From NCBI GenBank assembly GCA_965112735.1, contig OZ218953.1, forward strand, positions 2,914,001-2,978,000: DNA of 64,000 nucleotides, given 5' to 3'. The notes beneath the pieces were generated by a model. It was not told the origin of the DNA and did no database searches. It saw only the letters and a program-made list of their open reading frames with translations. Shown here one piece after another: positions 1 through 13,042 of the stretch. The position numbers and the translations under genes are program-made. Numbering within the stretch: position 1 is the stretch's first letter; each line of letters starts with the position of its first letter. Source of the stretch: Phaeosaccion multiseriatum. Lineage: Eukaryota; Protista; Ochrophyta, other classes.

Positions 1-3000
1 TGATGATGATTATAATGACGACGATAGAGACCCAGGGCTCGGCCTGGACTACGACCAAGAGGACGAAGGCGAAGAGGGGAGAGGAATCGGCGGTGAGGAG
101 ATGAGCGGTGGAGGGACGGACGCAGACGACTCGCCCTTGGAAGTCATTGGGCGCCGAGCGGAGATGGACGTCCTGACCAGGCATGCAGTGCACCTGGCCA
201 CTGGCAAGGGCGGAGGGCTGATCGTGGTGCACTCTCTGCCCAGCTCCGGCAAGAGCACAATGATCCGGGCAGTGTCCCGCATCTGGGAGTCGCAGGTACC
301 ATGCATCTCACTCATTTCGTGTCGTCTGGCTCAATTCTCATCTCATCTCCTCCTCCTATTCCTCCTCCTTCTTCCTCCCCCCTAACCCTCCTGCTCCTCC
401 TCCTCCTCCCCCTCCCCCTCCCCCCCCTTGGTGTGGTTCGCAGCTTTCTGCATTAGTGCAACTCTACGGTGGTGACGACTTTGAGGAAGATGCCTCCGAG
501 GGCTGCTGTTGGGCACTTCACAGTTGGCGGTCTATCCTCATTGGTGCTCTGTCCGCCACCAGGGAGCAGGTGCTGGGCTTTGCTGATTGGTGTAAGAAGG
601 CCGTTGCGAACGGTGCCAATGGGGCGAACGGAGCGAACAGGTGGGTGCGGTGCGTGCGGGCAGGAGCTCTCAGCTCTCCACTGCAAGGCAGTAAGGCAGT
701 GGGAGTCCAAAGTGTGGCAGTGAAGGCATTGTCTGACTGCTTTGTTTGGTGGTGCTGCCCTTCTGTTATTCGGCATCGGTCTCTTTTCCCTCTCCTCTCC
801 CTCTCTTTCCCCGTTCCAGCTTTAACCCTCTCCCTCCCCTCCCCTTCTGCCCGTCTCTCGCCCATCTCGATAATGTCTCTCTCCTCTCTACCTCCACCTC
901 TCTCTCTCTTGTGTGTATAACCTTTTCTCTTTCCTGTCTCTCCTCTCTCCTCTATAGCCCCATGGCTTGCTCGAGCATTGGAAGCACCTCGGGCGTGTTT
1001 CTCTCTACCGACGGTCTCACGGGCTCTCCGGCCCTCGTGGGGTCTTGGCTCAATGCCGCCCCTCGCCAATACAACGCCCCTAGTAAGCTGTCCGCTGGCC
1101 TGAATTTCGCGAGTCTGGAAAGAGAAGTCAGCAGCGCCACTGGTGAGTGAGGGCTTCCCGCCCGTCGTGCCGAGGAAGATCGCTGCTGCTCAAAAAGATG
1201 GGACTTTTTTTTATTCATGTACTTTACTGTCGTCCCCAGTCCTACTTTTCGCCGCTCAGACTCCTGCTCTCGCCTTCCCTTCGTCCCACCACGACCTCTC
1301 TCTTGCCGCCTCACCCCGGTGTCGCCCCCCCCCCGTCGCTTCGCCTTCGGTTGTTCCTGTGTGGCTCTGAACAGTTCTCGGCGAGGACCGCATGTGTGCG
1401 ATCCCCACTCCTCCTCCGCTCATGCTGGACGACATGACAGCCCCAAGCCCCTCAAGAGGCATTGTGAGTCGAGACTCCAGAGTTTAATCGGTCAAGTGCA
1501 TGGGAAGGTGGTAGAGTTCAATCGGTCAAGTGCATGGGAAAGTGGTGGAATACCCCATACGCACATCACCGGTCTTTCATTTTTGCTCTGGCTGACGGTC
1601 GGTTTGGCTTTCTTTTGTCGTTTTGCTTTTTGTATCTTTTTGACCCCGCAACCCTCTGTCTTTTATTAGGGCTTCTCTGTTCTTCAATCGTTGGAGCCAG
1701 CGCAATGGAGCTTAGACTCGGACGCAGCACAGGAGGAGCAGCAGCAGCAGGAGCAGCAGCAGGAGCAGCAGCAGGAGCAGCAGCAGGAGCAGCAGCAACA
1801 GCAGCACAGCTCCGCGCAGAGGAACGAGAGCGGGATCGGAGCGGTGAACGAGACGGCAGCGTTGTCTGCCATGTCCTCGACTGCGCAGCCAGGCACAGTT
1901 AGCCTCCCCGTGACGGGAAGCGATGGCGTTGGCTCCGGATCTGGATCTGTATCTATTCCCGTCCGCATTCCTCCCCCCCGCCCGGGCTATCAAGACGGAG
2001 GGCAGCGATCCGAGCGCTTGAGTAGCGGTAGCAGTAGTAGCTGTGTGAGAGGAGGTGGAGGGGGGCGCGTCAGCAGGGAGACGAGTAGCAGCAGCGGCAG
2101 CAACAACACCAGTGGCCGCCCCCCGCGCCAGAATGTGCTCCATTTTAGCATGGACCCGCCCCTCGCGCCATGGGAGCGCGCCACTAGTGGTAGCAGCAGT
2201 TCTCGCAGCAGAGCAGCTTCAGCAGGTGGAGCGACAGCGGCAGAGGGGGGAGGGGAGACAGCAAGCTTGACGCAGCTTCGGGCACTCCGAGCGAGGAGCG
2301 AAAGTGACGGCGATCTGGGCCTGGGCAGTAGTCGAGCAGACGATGTCCCGAGGGGCAATGGGATGTCCCAGCGATGGCCGCCCAGCCTCGGTGAGACAGC
2401 GTTTGGCTCTGTCAAGCCGGGCGATGATGCGGAAGAAAGACAAAGAGGAGAGGAGGAGGAGGAGGAGGAGGAGGAGGACATGCCGCGGATGAGGCGCTAT
2501 GGCAGCCTACCCATCGACGTCCATGGTGGCCCTGATGCAGGCAATCATCGTCGCCTTACATCCCTCCCTCATGTGTCCAGCACGTGGCGCCAGAACAGGC
2601 GGTGTCTCTTCCGAGGGCACTCGATGAACGGCGGCGACGGCAACAACGGCAGCAACAACTACAACAACTGGTTGGGAACCCCTCCGTCGGGGCTCGCCAG
2701 TGCCCTCGGTGCCCCGCTTCGGCGGTCATCGTCGGGTCCAGCAGGGCCATTCGGAGATGGGGTCGTGGAGTCGAGTGGTCCATCATCGGCCGGGGGGGAG
2801 TGGGGGGGGCAGAAGGGGGCGTACTCGGATGTGCTCGAGAAGAGGAGGAGCCTGCTCGGGGCAATGGGTTCCCCACCCTTCGTCGGGCTCCGGCAAGAGC
2901 GAGGGGGGTTCGGTTCAACAAGGCGGGGGAGAGTGGAGGGGGGAGTAAGAGGAAGGGGAGGGGAGGGCGAAGGAATGGAACGTTTAGCGATGTCGCTTGA

Positions 3001-3407
3001 TGCCGGTCTTGGTCCACTCTTGCGCGCCCACAGTTTTGGTGGGGTCTCTCACGCGGACTGGATCGGGGGGGCAAGAGTGGAGGAGGTGGAGGCGGCACAA
3101 GCCCCGCCAAGTGACGCGAAGGCAGGGCGGCAAGTGGGGGGGGGGGGGGAGCTGAGAACAAGGACACGGGGAAGCAGAACGGGGGCAACGAACATGACGA
3201 TCTGAGCGGGTTGAGCAGCAGCAGCAGCAGCAGTAGTAGTACTATTAGTAGCAGCAGCAGTAGCAGTAGCCTGGGTAGCACGGGCAATGTGCGACCGTGG
3301 AGGGAGGATGACGAGGACGTCTTTGATACTGAGGGTGGTGTGCTCTTGCCTCGCCGCGACACGGGCGGGGTCGACCTCAGTCATCTCATGGAGGAGCAGC
3401 TGGAGAT

Positions 3408-3447
<40 letters not shown>

Positions 3448-6400
3448 CAAGCGCAGGAGCAAGAGCAGGAACTGGCGGATTGGGAGCGACAGGAGCGTGA
3501 AAGGGGGCGAAAGGCTGTCGGGTTCCCAGTGGGTTCTTCTTCTGGCTCTGGCCTCGATTCCTCGCTTCGGGGGTCTGATCTGGAATCATGCTTCGCTGTG
3601 GAGTCGACGAGCAGCGCCGAAGCACTCCGATCGCACTCCTTACAGTCTGACGGGGCTCGTGGTGCACATGGTGGTCCTCAACGTCTTGGGCGAGCAGGTG
3701 GTGTTGCCTCGTGGGAAGCCGCAGGAACTGTCGTGAGAAGCAATGGCGGCGGCGGTAGCGGTGGTAAGAAGAGCGGCAGCGACAGCGCAACATCATCTTC
3801 ATCGGGGAAGAGGGGCGAGTGGTGTCGGGAGGAGGACAATGGGAATCATGGTGGGGAGAAGGAGGAAGGGCTGTCGCTCTGCCAGGGTGGAGACGACGGT
3901 GAGGAAAAGAGGAGTGGCAAGGTGCGAGCAGACTCAGAGGCAGATTCCCTACACGAGCTCACCTTCCCCATGGAGAGCTTCCCTGTGGAGGGAGCAGCAA
4001 CAGGAGCAGTTGGTGATACAGCAACAGCAGCAGTTGGTGATACAGCAGCACCAACAGCAGCGGCGGCAAGATGTGAGCGTCTTTACCCAGAGGACGAAGC
4101 CATGATGAGGCCCCATCGGCGAATGAGCACAGACGAGAGCACGCCGGAGCTGGACCCTACAGTCATGATGAGCTACACCGCTGACGGGCTGATGATGGGC
4201 AGGGCAAGAGCGGGGGAGAAGGACACCATGGGCATCAAGTGGATGAATGCCTTCACGGGGCTACCGGGAGACACGCCCGAGGCGAGAGGCCACTATCTGT
4301 TCCACTTCTTTGAGTTCTTCCTCCCCATGGAGGGGGCGGCGTATCGAAAAGTGGCCAAGCTCGTGGATGCCGAGCTGCCTCCACGCTCCTTTTACTATAG
4401 CAAGCACTTGGAGCCACACTCACCAGACGGGGCGGATGGAGATGGAGATGGAGACGGAGACGGAACGAATCATGGCAGCAATGGCTTTAGCAATGGCTTC
4501 AGCAATGGGAGTGGTAGTGGTAGTGGCAAGGGCCATCCCGATCATGACGACGACAATAACCACGACGAGGATGCAGTGAAGCCGCTCCGCCTCGAGCGTG
4601 GTAGAGAAGGGGCCAAGGAAGAGGAGGAGGAGCAGGGGGAGCAGGAGCAGGAGGACGGAGAGGAAGAGAGGGGGGAGCAGGAGAAGCACAGCACAGGAGG
4701 GGGGGCGCACGCAGCACTGGCAGAAGCAGCAGTTGGTGATACATCTGCACCAGCGGCAGGAGCAGCGCGTCGTCACCCTGACCCTCAGTGGCGACATCCT
4801 GCAGCTCGTGACGAGGACCTAGAGGAGTACTCCACTGCCATCCAACTGGTGCTGGACATATTGGTGCGGCAGGGCAAGGACTGGCCCTGCGCCAAGGCCA
4901 TCATTCACCTTGACGACCCCATGGGCCTGCAGGGACCGGTGAGTGAGGGGAGTACAGGCATGTCGTACAGGATACGAGACACAGGGTATAGAGGACAGAG
5001 TGAAGTGGAGTGTACGGAGCGAGACGGGGGCGGACGATTTGGAGGGGTCATTCATGCACATGTCTTGCGGTAGACAGAGAGGGAGGGCTGCTGCAGCAGC
5101 ACGCTACGAGACTTTTGGTTCCTTCTCGTTCGATGAGGGCTGCTGCTTGGGTCTGTTGTGGTGTGGTGTGGTGTGGGCCATGGTGGCGGGGCTTGCGCAT
5201 CAAGGAGGGTATAGGCTGAGGAAGGCAATTGCAGGGGCAGGGCAGTCCTTTTGTGTGGCAAGCGTCTCACTCACTTGCCTGCCTGTGCTTCTCATGCCCC
5301 CCCCCCCCCTCCCCCTCTCATCACACCGCCGTCCCTTCCGACGTCCCTCTGAGCAGTCGTCGGTGGCTCTCCTGGAGGAGGTGCTGAAGCGCCACCCCGA
5401 CACGGTGCTCGCCATCGTCACCTCCCCACCCCTCCCTCCCGATACGATGGCAGCCTACGTGCCTGGAGGCATGGAGGTTGACGGGGGCGGGGGAGACGGG
5501 GCGGCGCTTCGACAGCACACCACAAGAGCCCTTGACGAGCGCTTCGAGGGGAGGGAGAGGGACCTGCTGCGGCTGGCGGTTGAGGCTTTCATTGAGAGCA
5601 TGGACCCTTGGCTGTGGGCCAGCAACTACATCTCCAGGTGGTTCTCGAGGTGCGTATGAGTGAGAGAGAGAGAGAGAGAGAGGGCGAGTCAGAGAGAAAG
5701 AGAAAGGGAGAGAGAAGAACGTCTGCTGCCTCTTGTCTCTTGTCTCACCCCGGACCTTCTCCCCCATCTTATCCGATGTCTTGTGTCCGTCCCTCCTGCG
5801 CTGCGAGATTGCACTCACCCCCCTCCTCCCCCCCCCCCCTACATCCATGCATTGCCTTTTTTCGTGCCTCAGACACGTGGTGCTGTGGCGGGAGCGCAAG
5901 AGGCTTGAGAAGCGACGCGTGCAGCAAATCCAACGAGATGAATGGGAGTACGAGCAACAGCAGTTGGCGATACAGCAGCAGCAGCAACTGCGGCAGCGGC
6001 TGGGCTGGCCACACGCTAGTCGTCAGTGGCGGCCCACACTTCCCCGAGGAGCAGTCAACGAGCAGGAGAGAAGTCATCCGGGCGAGACTATAGCAGCAGC
6101 GGCAGTGGCAGTAGCAGCAGCAGCCGCAGCAGCAACAGCAGCAGCAGGAGGAGGAGGAGGAGGAGGAGCAGGAGCAGGAGGAGGACGAGGAGGAAGAGGA
6201 GGAGAAGGGGGAGGAGGAGGGGGAGGAGGAGGAGGGGGAGGAGGAGGAGGGGGAGGAGGAGGAGGAGGAGGAGGAGGAGGAGGAGGAGGAGGAGGAGGAG
6301 GAGGAGGGCCAGGGTCACGGTCTCCAACGCACTCAGGCAGCTCCACCGTGGTTCCGCAGCACTTCTCCTCTCGAAGCTCCCTGGCCAGCCTAGACGGGGC

Positions 6401-7437
6401 GGCCACCAGTCAATGGTCCGTGGAAGGGGGAGGGGCGGGGGTGGGGGGAGCGGGAGGGGAGCCGCCCTTTGCTGGGGCTGAAGGGGGAGAGGGTAAGCAA
6501 CTTCAGCATGATCCGCTTTTGGAGAGCCCTGCGGATAGTTGCAGCAGCTGCAACAGCAGCTGTTCTTCCGTGGGGAGCTCGGTGCACGACGCGCCGCCTT
6601 CAGCAGACGACGTGCTGGAGGCTCCGTCCGTATTGGAGGACATGAGAATGACGGAGGCGGAAACCAAGCACGGCTTGGTCCCTACGCCTCGCTCCTCCTC
6701 ATCATCTCGGCCTCAATCGCCAACTGCTGGTGCTGCTGCTGCTGCTGCCATTAAGGCGGAAGAGTCCATGCTGCCTCGGACAAGCTCCTTGCCTGTTCTT
6801 GGCGGACGCTCCTCAGCGGGACATGTTGGTGGGGGACTCACCTCCTCCACGGCTGGAGAGAGAGAGCGCTTCTCTTCCTCGGCTGCAGACTGGGGCCTCG
6901 GAGGGGGAGGAGGAGGGGGATGGGCCGGAGGAGGGGGAGGAGGAGGAGCAGGAGGGAGGATCTTTGATGGCCGGATAGGCCTGAGAACCCTTCCTCCCTT
7001 CCTCGGTATCCCGTCCACGGAGCCCCTCGTGAGGGCCCTGGGTCGTCTCCGGCGGCGGTTTGGCGCGGCGTGCGTGTCTATTCCGCTGGGGGACTTGAGT
7101 CTGGAGGACACAAGCGTCCTTTGTGCGGCCACGCTGGGGGTGGAGAGCGTGACTCCGAGCTTTGCCCAGGCCATGTACGACCGGACCCAGGGACACGCGT
7201 ACTTCACAACAGCCTTCTGCAGGTGGGAAGGGAAGGGGAGGGAAGGGGAGGGAAGGGGAGGGAGGGGGGAGGGAGGGATAGAAGGGGGGGAGAGGGGAGA
7301 GGCAGGCACATGGACACGCTTGCCGAACGTGCGCGCTTCGCTCGCCCTCTTCTTTTTTTCTTTATCGCTTGCGTTGTCATTCTCATTCATCTCGGCCGTT
7401 CCTTTCTCGCACTTACGCTCCCTCTCTCTCCTCTCTC

Positions 7438-7490
<53 letters not shown>

Positions 7491-9207
7491 TCTCTCTCTC
7501 TTTCCTCTCCCCCCTCGGCAGATACCTCCAAAGCGGTGTGGTTGGCCATCAGTCGCAGCTGGTGTGGCAGGCCATGACGGGCGAGGTGGTGGAGCAGGTG
7601 CTCGGGGGAGAGCTTGAAGCCGTCACTGCCAAGGTGAGACTGTTAAGCGACTAGTGACTACGGACTTGCACTTAGTTGCACTTACTTGCACGTCCGCCTG
7701 GGCAGTCCATCAGGCAGTGCATCCTCATGGCAGTGCGTGGGACTGACCAGACAGGGGCGAGCCCCAGGCCTTTGTTCAAGGCCTTTAGAGCTGACCTGCC
7801 TGTGCATCTCTGTTCTTTCTCTCCCCTCTCCCCTCCCCTCTCTCTCTGTGTGTCTCTCTCACTCTCAGGTACAAATGTGTCTGAACATGCTCTCTCCACA
7901 GCAGTACCACATCCTTCGCGTCATGTGCTGCTGCTGCATGCACAACCGCAACCAGCCCGACCACGAGGCAGCGGCATCCCTGTTCGACTTTAGCGGCATC
8001 CGAGGCGGAGCGGCTCTGTGGGGGCGCGAGTCGCGAGTGACGAAGGCGTCCGTGAGTCTGCGAGTGCTGATTGGTGTCCTGAAGATGCCAGGTGCGTAGC
8101 AAGAGTCGTCCAGCAGAGCAGCAGAGCGTGCTTCCCTCTCTCCCCACCGGCGTGTCGTGTGCGTCGCTCTCTGCCCTTGCTTCCGTCTCTTCCTCCCTAC
8201 CTCCCTCTCTCCCTCCAATCTCCGTGATGTCTCTCCACCTTTCGCTCTGCTCCTTGGAATCGTTGAGAAGTAGCACCATACTGACATGTTCATTGTGTCC
8301 ACAGCCCGTGATGGTGATGGTGATCCACTTCCCTTTGTGTCTCCCTTTTTGTGTCAGCGTGTCTTACCTCTCTGCTTCTCTACCCCCCCCCCCCCTTCGT
8401 CCTCCCCCTCCTCCTCCTCCTCCTCCTCTCCCTACCCTGCCTTCTTTCCCCCTCGCCTATCGTTTGCTGCCATCGCATGCCCTGCCACGCCCTGTGCTGC
8501 TCTTCTCTCCTCTCCTTTCAGTGAGCCCCAATCGGACTGTTCTAGACGAGGTCAACACTCTGCAGCACTGCGGCTTCATCTGCATCCAGGACCACACCGG
8601 GGGGGCGGCCTCTCCTTCACGCGTTGGTGGTCCGGGCGGCAGCAACGGGGCTGGCGCGAGGTGTGTATATCTGTCTCTGTGTCTCTATCGAATTTTTTCT
8701 ATATCTATCTATGGCTGTTGGTGATAAACCTTTCTATCGGGGTACGTACGTGGGCGTGCGTGTGCGTGCGTGGTTGTGAGAACGAGGAATGAGTGGCCAT
8801 GTGTCTTCTCTGGACTCCCTCCGTACCACATCCGCCTCCTCCTCGTTCGTCGTCGTCATCCTCGTCCTCCGCCCCCTGTATACCCCCTGACCCCTTCCTC
8901 CACACTGCTGCATACTTGTGCGCCTGCATCAATCAGGGACGACGCGATGATTCTGTCGTTCCGCCACAGCGTAGTGCTTGAGGTTGTCTACTCTCTCGTG
9001 CCACGGTCGTTGAGGAAGAGCATCATCGTGGATCTGTTGGCAGGCCAGCAGGGAGATGCAGAGAGAAGGCGACGCCGAGGGGCCGCCGCGGCCGCCGCAG
9101 CAGCAACAGCGGCATCAAAAGGAACCCAAGCTTTGCAAAGATCACCTGCAACCGCGGTCGGGGAAGCAGGCGGGCCAGGAGGAGGAGGAGGAGGAAGCAA
9201 AGTCTGA
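1..9207 (+). CDS. Multi-exon STAND/AAA_16-type NTPase (ADCY10-like ATPase module) with large low-complexity insertions; 5' end lies upstream of the window
   Basis: The frame is open from base 2. It reads VIGRRAEMDVL...GGLIVVHSLPSSGKSTMI (Walker-A-like), later IPLGDLSLEDTSVLCAATLG...MYDRTQGHAYFTTAFC and LSFRHSVVLEVVYSLVP, the usual order of STAND-ATPase motifs. Approximate GT-AG exons: 1-295, 444-640, 958-1142, 1373-1463, 1670-4938, 5353-5650, 5873-7222, 7520-7632, 7869-8091, ~8550-8660, 8937-9207. One apparent frameshift at the G14 run 3136-3149. Confidence 0.65.
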
Positions 9208-9784
9208 GGGCGATTGACTCGGAGGTAGGCATCCCGGATAAGACAGCCAGTCAGCTGGGCTGAGTGTCTTCAGGGTGGGGTAGGATGGAACCTACCATGC
9301 AGGGTGGGGGGTCCTGCATCAGCAGCTACCGCATGTACATCATATACCAGAGTGGAGGAGTTCTGGATAGCGGGAAGGGCACTCCTGGCACGCGTGACTT
9401 GATGCGTGTGAGCGTGTGGAAGTGTGTTAGTCTATTTAGTTGCGTGTGAATGTGTAAGTGTGTGCGGCTGAGGAGAGACGCTGCGCAAAGGGGGAAGGGA
9501 CGATTTGGGAAACATTTATTTGCTTTGCTCATTTTTGTTGTTGTAAACTTTCTTTCTGTACTGCAGGGTGTCAATCATTGGACAGTATTATGGTTTGGAC
9601 AGTGTTTTGTACATATTCATTACAAGTGTAAAAGGAAAGGGAGGCCTCGCCGACGTGGCAGAGAGTAAATTCCAATACGAGGGAAGATTTTGTCCAGTAG
9701 TATAAACCATTCGACATCCAAAGGCGGAGGAGTTAATTGTATGGCGGGCGGGCAGAGCGCAGCAGGCAGCCAACTAGTCACGAG

Positions 9785-11848
9785 TCACGAGGCCCGCGCG
9801 CCCATTGCCAGCACGGGCAGCGGTGTGCCTACTGCCTCCGCCTCCGCTCCACCTCCCTCTCCCTGCACGGGGGCCTCACTACTAGCGCGGCCGCGCAATC
9901 TCTTTCCCATCCGTTTCACCCATTTGTCAAGCCCGGCGAAATACGCTGGTACGACAGCCAAGACGCCCAAGACCAAATAGGCCAAATCGGTGGACGACCC
10001 CCCACCGCCATCGCTCGAGTCCCCAGGCGGTGCGCTACGGTCTACTGGCAACGGCGATTCACTCGGTGGAGGTGATGCCGCTGGCGTTGGCGTCACCGAA
10101 GGTGCTGGCGTTGGCGTCACCGAAGGTGCTGGCGACCGAGTCGAGGTGTGTCGTCATTGCGTGTCATGCACCCACCCCCGGCCATCGATACGTAGTACGA
10201 GTCAGACACGCAGAAGCAGAGGGAGGAGCGAGAGGAGAAGAGGAGGGGTGGAGTGGTCAGGACATGCGTGCGATGCGCATGGCTGAGGGTGCGAGTTGGC
10301 TTCGCAGCCCGACAGGAAGGAATGGCGGGGGGTGCGAAGGTATTGAACATTGCGCACTGCCTGGCCTCCCTTCGTAGTAAGACCCTTTGGTTGGGTCAAC
10401 AGTGTCGTGTTCCTCACCCTCACGTGTCGAGCAAGAGGACACATCCAGGTCTGCAAAGCATAATGTCCCCGTGTCGCCGCAGGCACTGGAGTCTTCCGAG
10501 GTGCAGTCGGGGTAGCAGTTCGTGTTAGCGTCCGAGAAGCTCGAGCCACATCGCGTGTTGGTAGTACCTTCACTCGCCGCGAAGAAGCAAAGCAGCAGAG
10601 AACGTGCGATACAGGCAGACCGTCAATAGAAGCAACGACGAAGGAAAGTAGAGCAGCAGTTAGGCTGCTCATCGACCGTCCCTCCCTTTGTAGTAAGACC
10701 CTTTGGTTGGGTCAACAGTGTCGTGTTCCTCACCCGAGCAAGAGGACACATCCAGGTCTGCAAAGCATAATGTCCCTGTGTCGCCGCAGGCACTGGAGTC
10801 TTCCGAGGTGCAGTCGGGGTAGCAGTTCGTGTTGGCGTCCGAGAAGCTCGAGCCACATCGCGTGTTGGTAGTACCTTCACTCGCCGCGAAGAAGCAAAGC
10901 AGCAGAGAACGTACGATACAGGCAGACCGTGAATAGAAGCAACGACGAAGGGAAGCAGAGCAGCAGTTAGCCAGGCGCAGAGTAGGTGGTGGGCAGCAAG
11001 TGCGGTGTACAGAAATGCAAGCGCCAATAAGCAATGGGCCGGGGGGGGGGGCAAACCAAGGGCAGACAAGACTGGGCCTGAAAAATAGACGGGGGTGGCA
11101 GGACCGAGCGAGCCGTGGCGGGGAGGGGATACAGTGTTCCTACCGAGTGAAAGCGCGGAAGGGGCTGGGGTTGGCTCAGTGGTAGGAGGAGCAGACGTCG
11201 GAGTTACACTCGGAGGTGCTGTTGGTGCAGTGGTAGGAGCAGGCAGGTCCGAGGGAGCACCTGAAGCGGTCGGAGTCGGGGCCACACTCGGGGGCGCAGT
11301 TGGCACTGGGCTATCACCGCCGCTGTTGCTGTTGCCCGTTGGAGTGGGGGTTGTCCCAGAGGTTGCCTCCGGTGTTGGAGCCGATGTCGGAATTGCGCTC
11401 CCACCATCGGGGAAAGTTAGGAAACTGTTATCGCTCACAGCGACTACCTCTCCCTGTTATACGTAGAGGCAATGAGCAAGGGAGGCAGCAGGAAGCAGCT
11501 CAACACACAGCAGCGGCAGCCAGAAGCCCCGTCACCGAGGAGAGGCGGCGGGCCCCGGGGCCGTGGTGGGCAAAGTTTGGCCCCTTTGATTGAGCAAGGT
11601 CAGGTATAACGACCAAGGCTTGGCTGGCTGGGGTCATGGCACTTACATCATCAGACTGAGCAGACCGCACGCAGCCCAAGAGCGCAAGTAACCGACGAGA
11701 GGACAGCACACGCACGATGAGAAAGAGTCAACCGGCCGTGAGAATGGCAGGCCAGAATGAGGAGTCGCAGGCGGGAAGGACGACCAGCAGGGCAAGGGCC
11801 AGCAGCAGGCCAGATCGCACGGCAGCCAGCCAGGCAGGCAGGCAGGCA

Positions 11849-11905
<57 letters not shown>

Positions 11906-12014
11906 ACAGACAGGCAGGCAGGCAGGCAGCCAGGCAGGCAGGCAGGCAGCCAGGCAGCCAGGCAGCCAGGCAGCCAGGCAGGCAGGCAGGCAGGCAGGCA
12001 GCCAGGCAGGCAGC

Positions 12015-12065
<51 letters not shown>

Positions 12066-12958
12066 ACAGACAGAGGTCAAGGCCGCGCCGGGGTTAAGCG
12101 TCCCTTGCTTCGTGCTCAATGCAGTCAGTCACACCCAGAGCAGAGTGAGCAGCGCTTCCATAAAGAGCCAGCACCGAAAGAGCTCAGTCACAGCCATGAC
12201 CAAACCTTCCGATCCCCTCACCCCCCAGGCAGCAAAGGTCAAGAGCGATCTGAAGGCGGCGCAATAGCAACACACTCACCTCTGCAAAATTTTCCGAGAA
12301 GATGACGTCCCCACCAGAGAAGCTGGCGGTACTATCGGCCAAGAGACTGATGGCCCCGCCCTGTAACGTGCAAGCATTGCAGCAGCTCGATCAATAACGC
12401 TTCCCCAAGCAAAAGTCTCACCATTTCTCAAAATGACTAGCAAGTCCAGCTTCGTCGATACAAGCTCGCTCGTGGGGGTCCAGACAGGCCAGACGAGAAG
12501 GCGCTTGAAAGAAGCTCAGAATGGCGGAGGGGCAGGGGTGCAGTCGGCAGGCAGGCAGCACTTCTTCCACCCATTTCAAAGACACTTCCGCCCAAGCAGG
12601 GAAAGATAGAGTCAGCCAGGCAGTGGTGATGCTAGCACGCTTCCCTCCGTTGGCTACAAGGGCCAAGGATCGGAGAGCCGCGGCACCACAGGCCAAGCTC
12701 GCTCTGGGCAAGGCTTGGCACAGTCAAATGACGACCAACTCTGCCTTGGGGTCATGGGACTTACATCAGTCTGGGCAGGCCGCACGCAGCCAGTCCAGAA
12801 ACCCAGGCACCGTGGGAGAAGACACCAAAGTACGGAGACACAGCCAAAGGGGTCAGAAAGGCAGATCAGAGGGCGGCGGCGGGAAGGACGAGCAGCAGGG
12901 CACAGGGCAGGTCACACACGGCAGGCAGGCAGGCAGGCAGGCAGGCAGGTAGGCAGGT

Positions 12959-13042
<84 letters not shown>

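Noticed and set aside
3136-3149. Apparent frameshift joining ORFs 1691-3205 and 3211-5073
   Set aside because: It falls in a G14 homopolymer and a 1-nt change restores one frame, so a sequencing or assembly error is more likely than programmed frameshifting; raw reads are needed.
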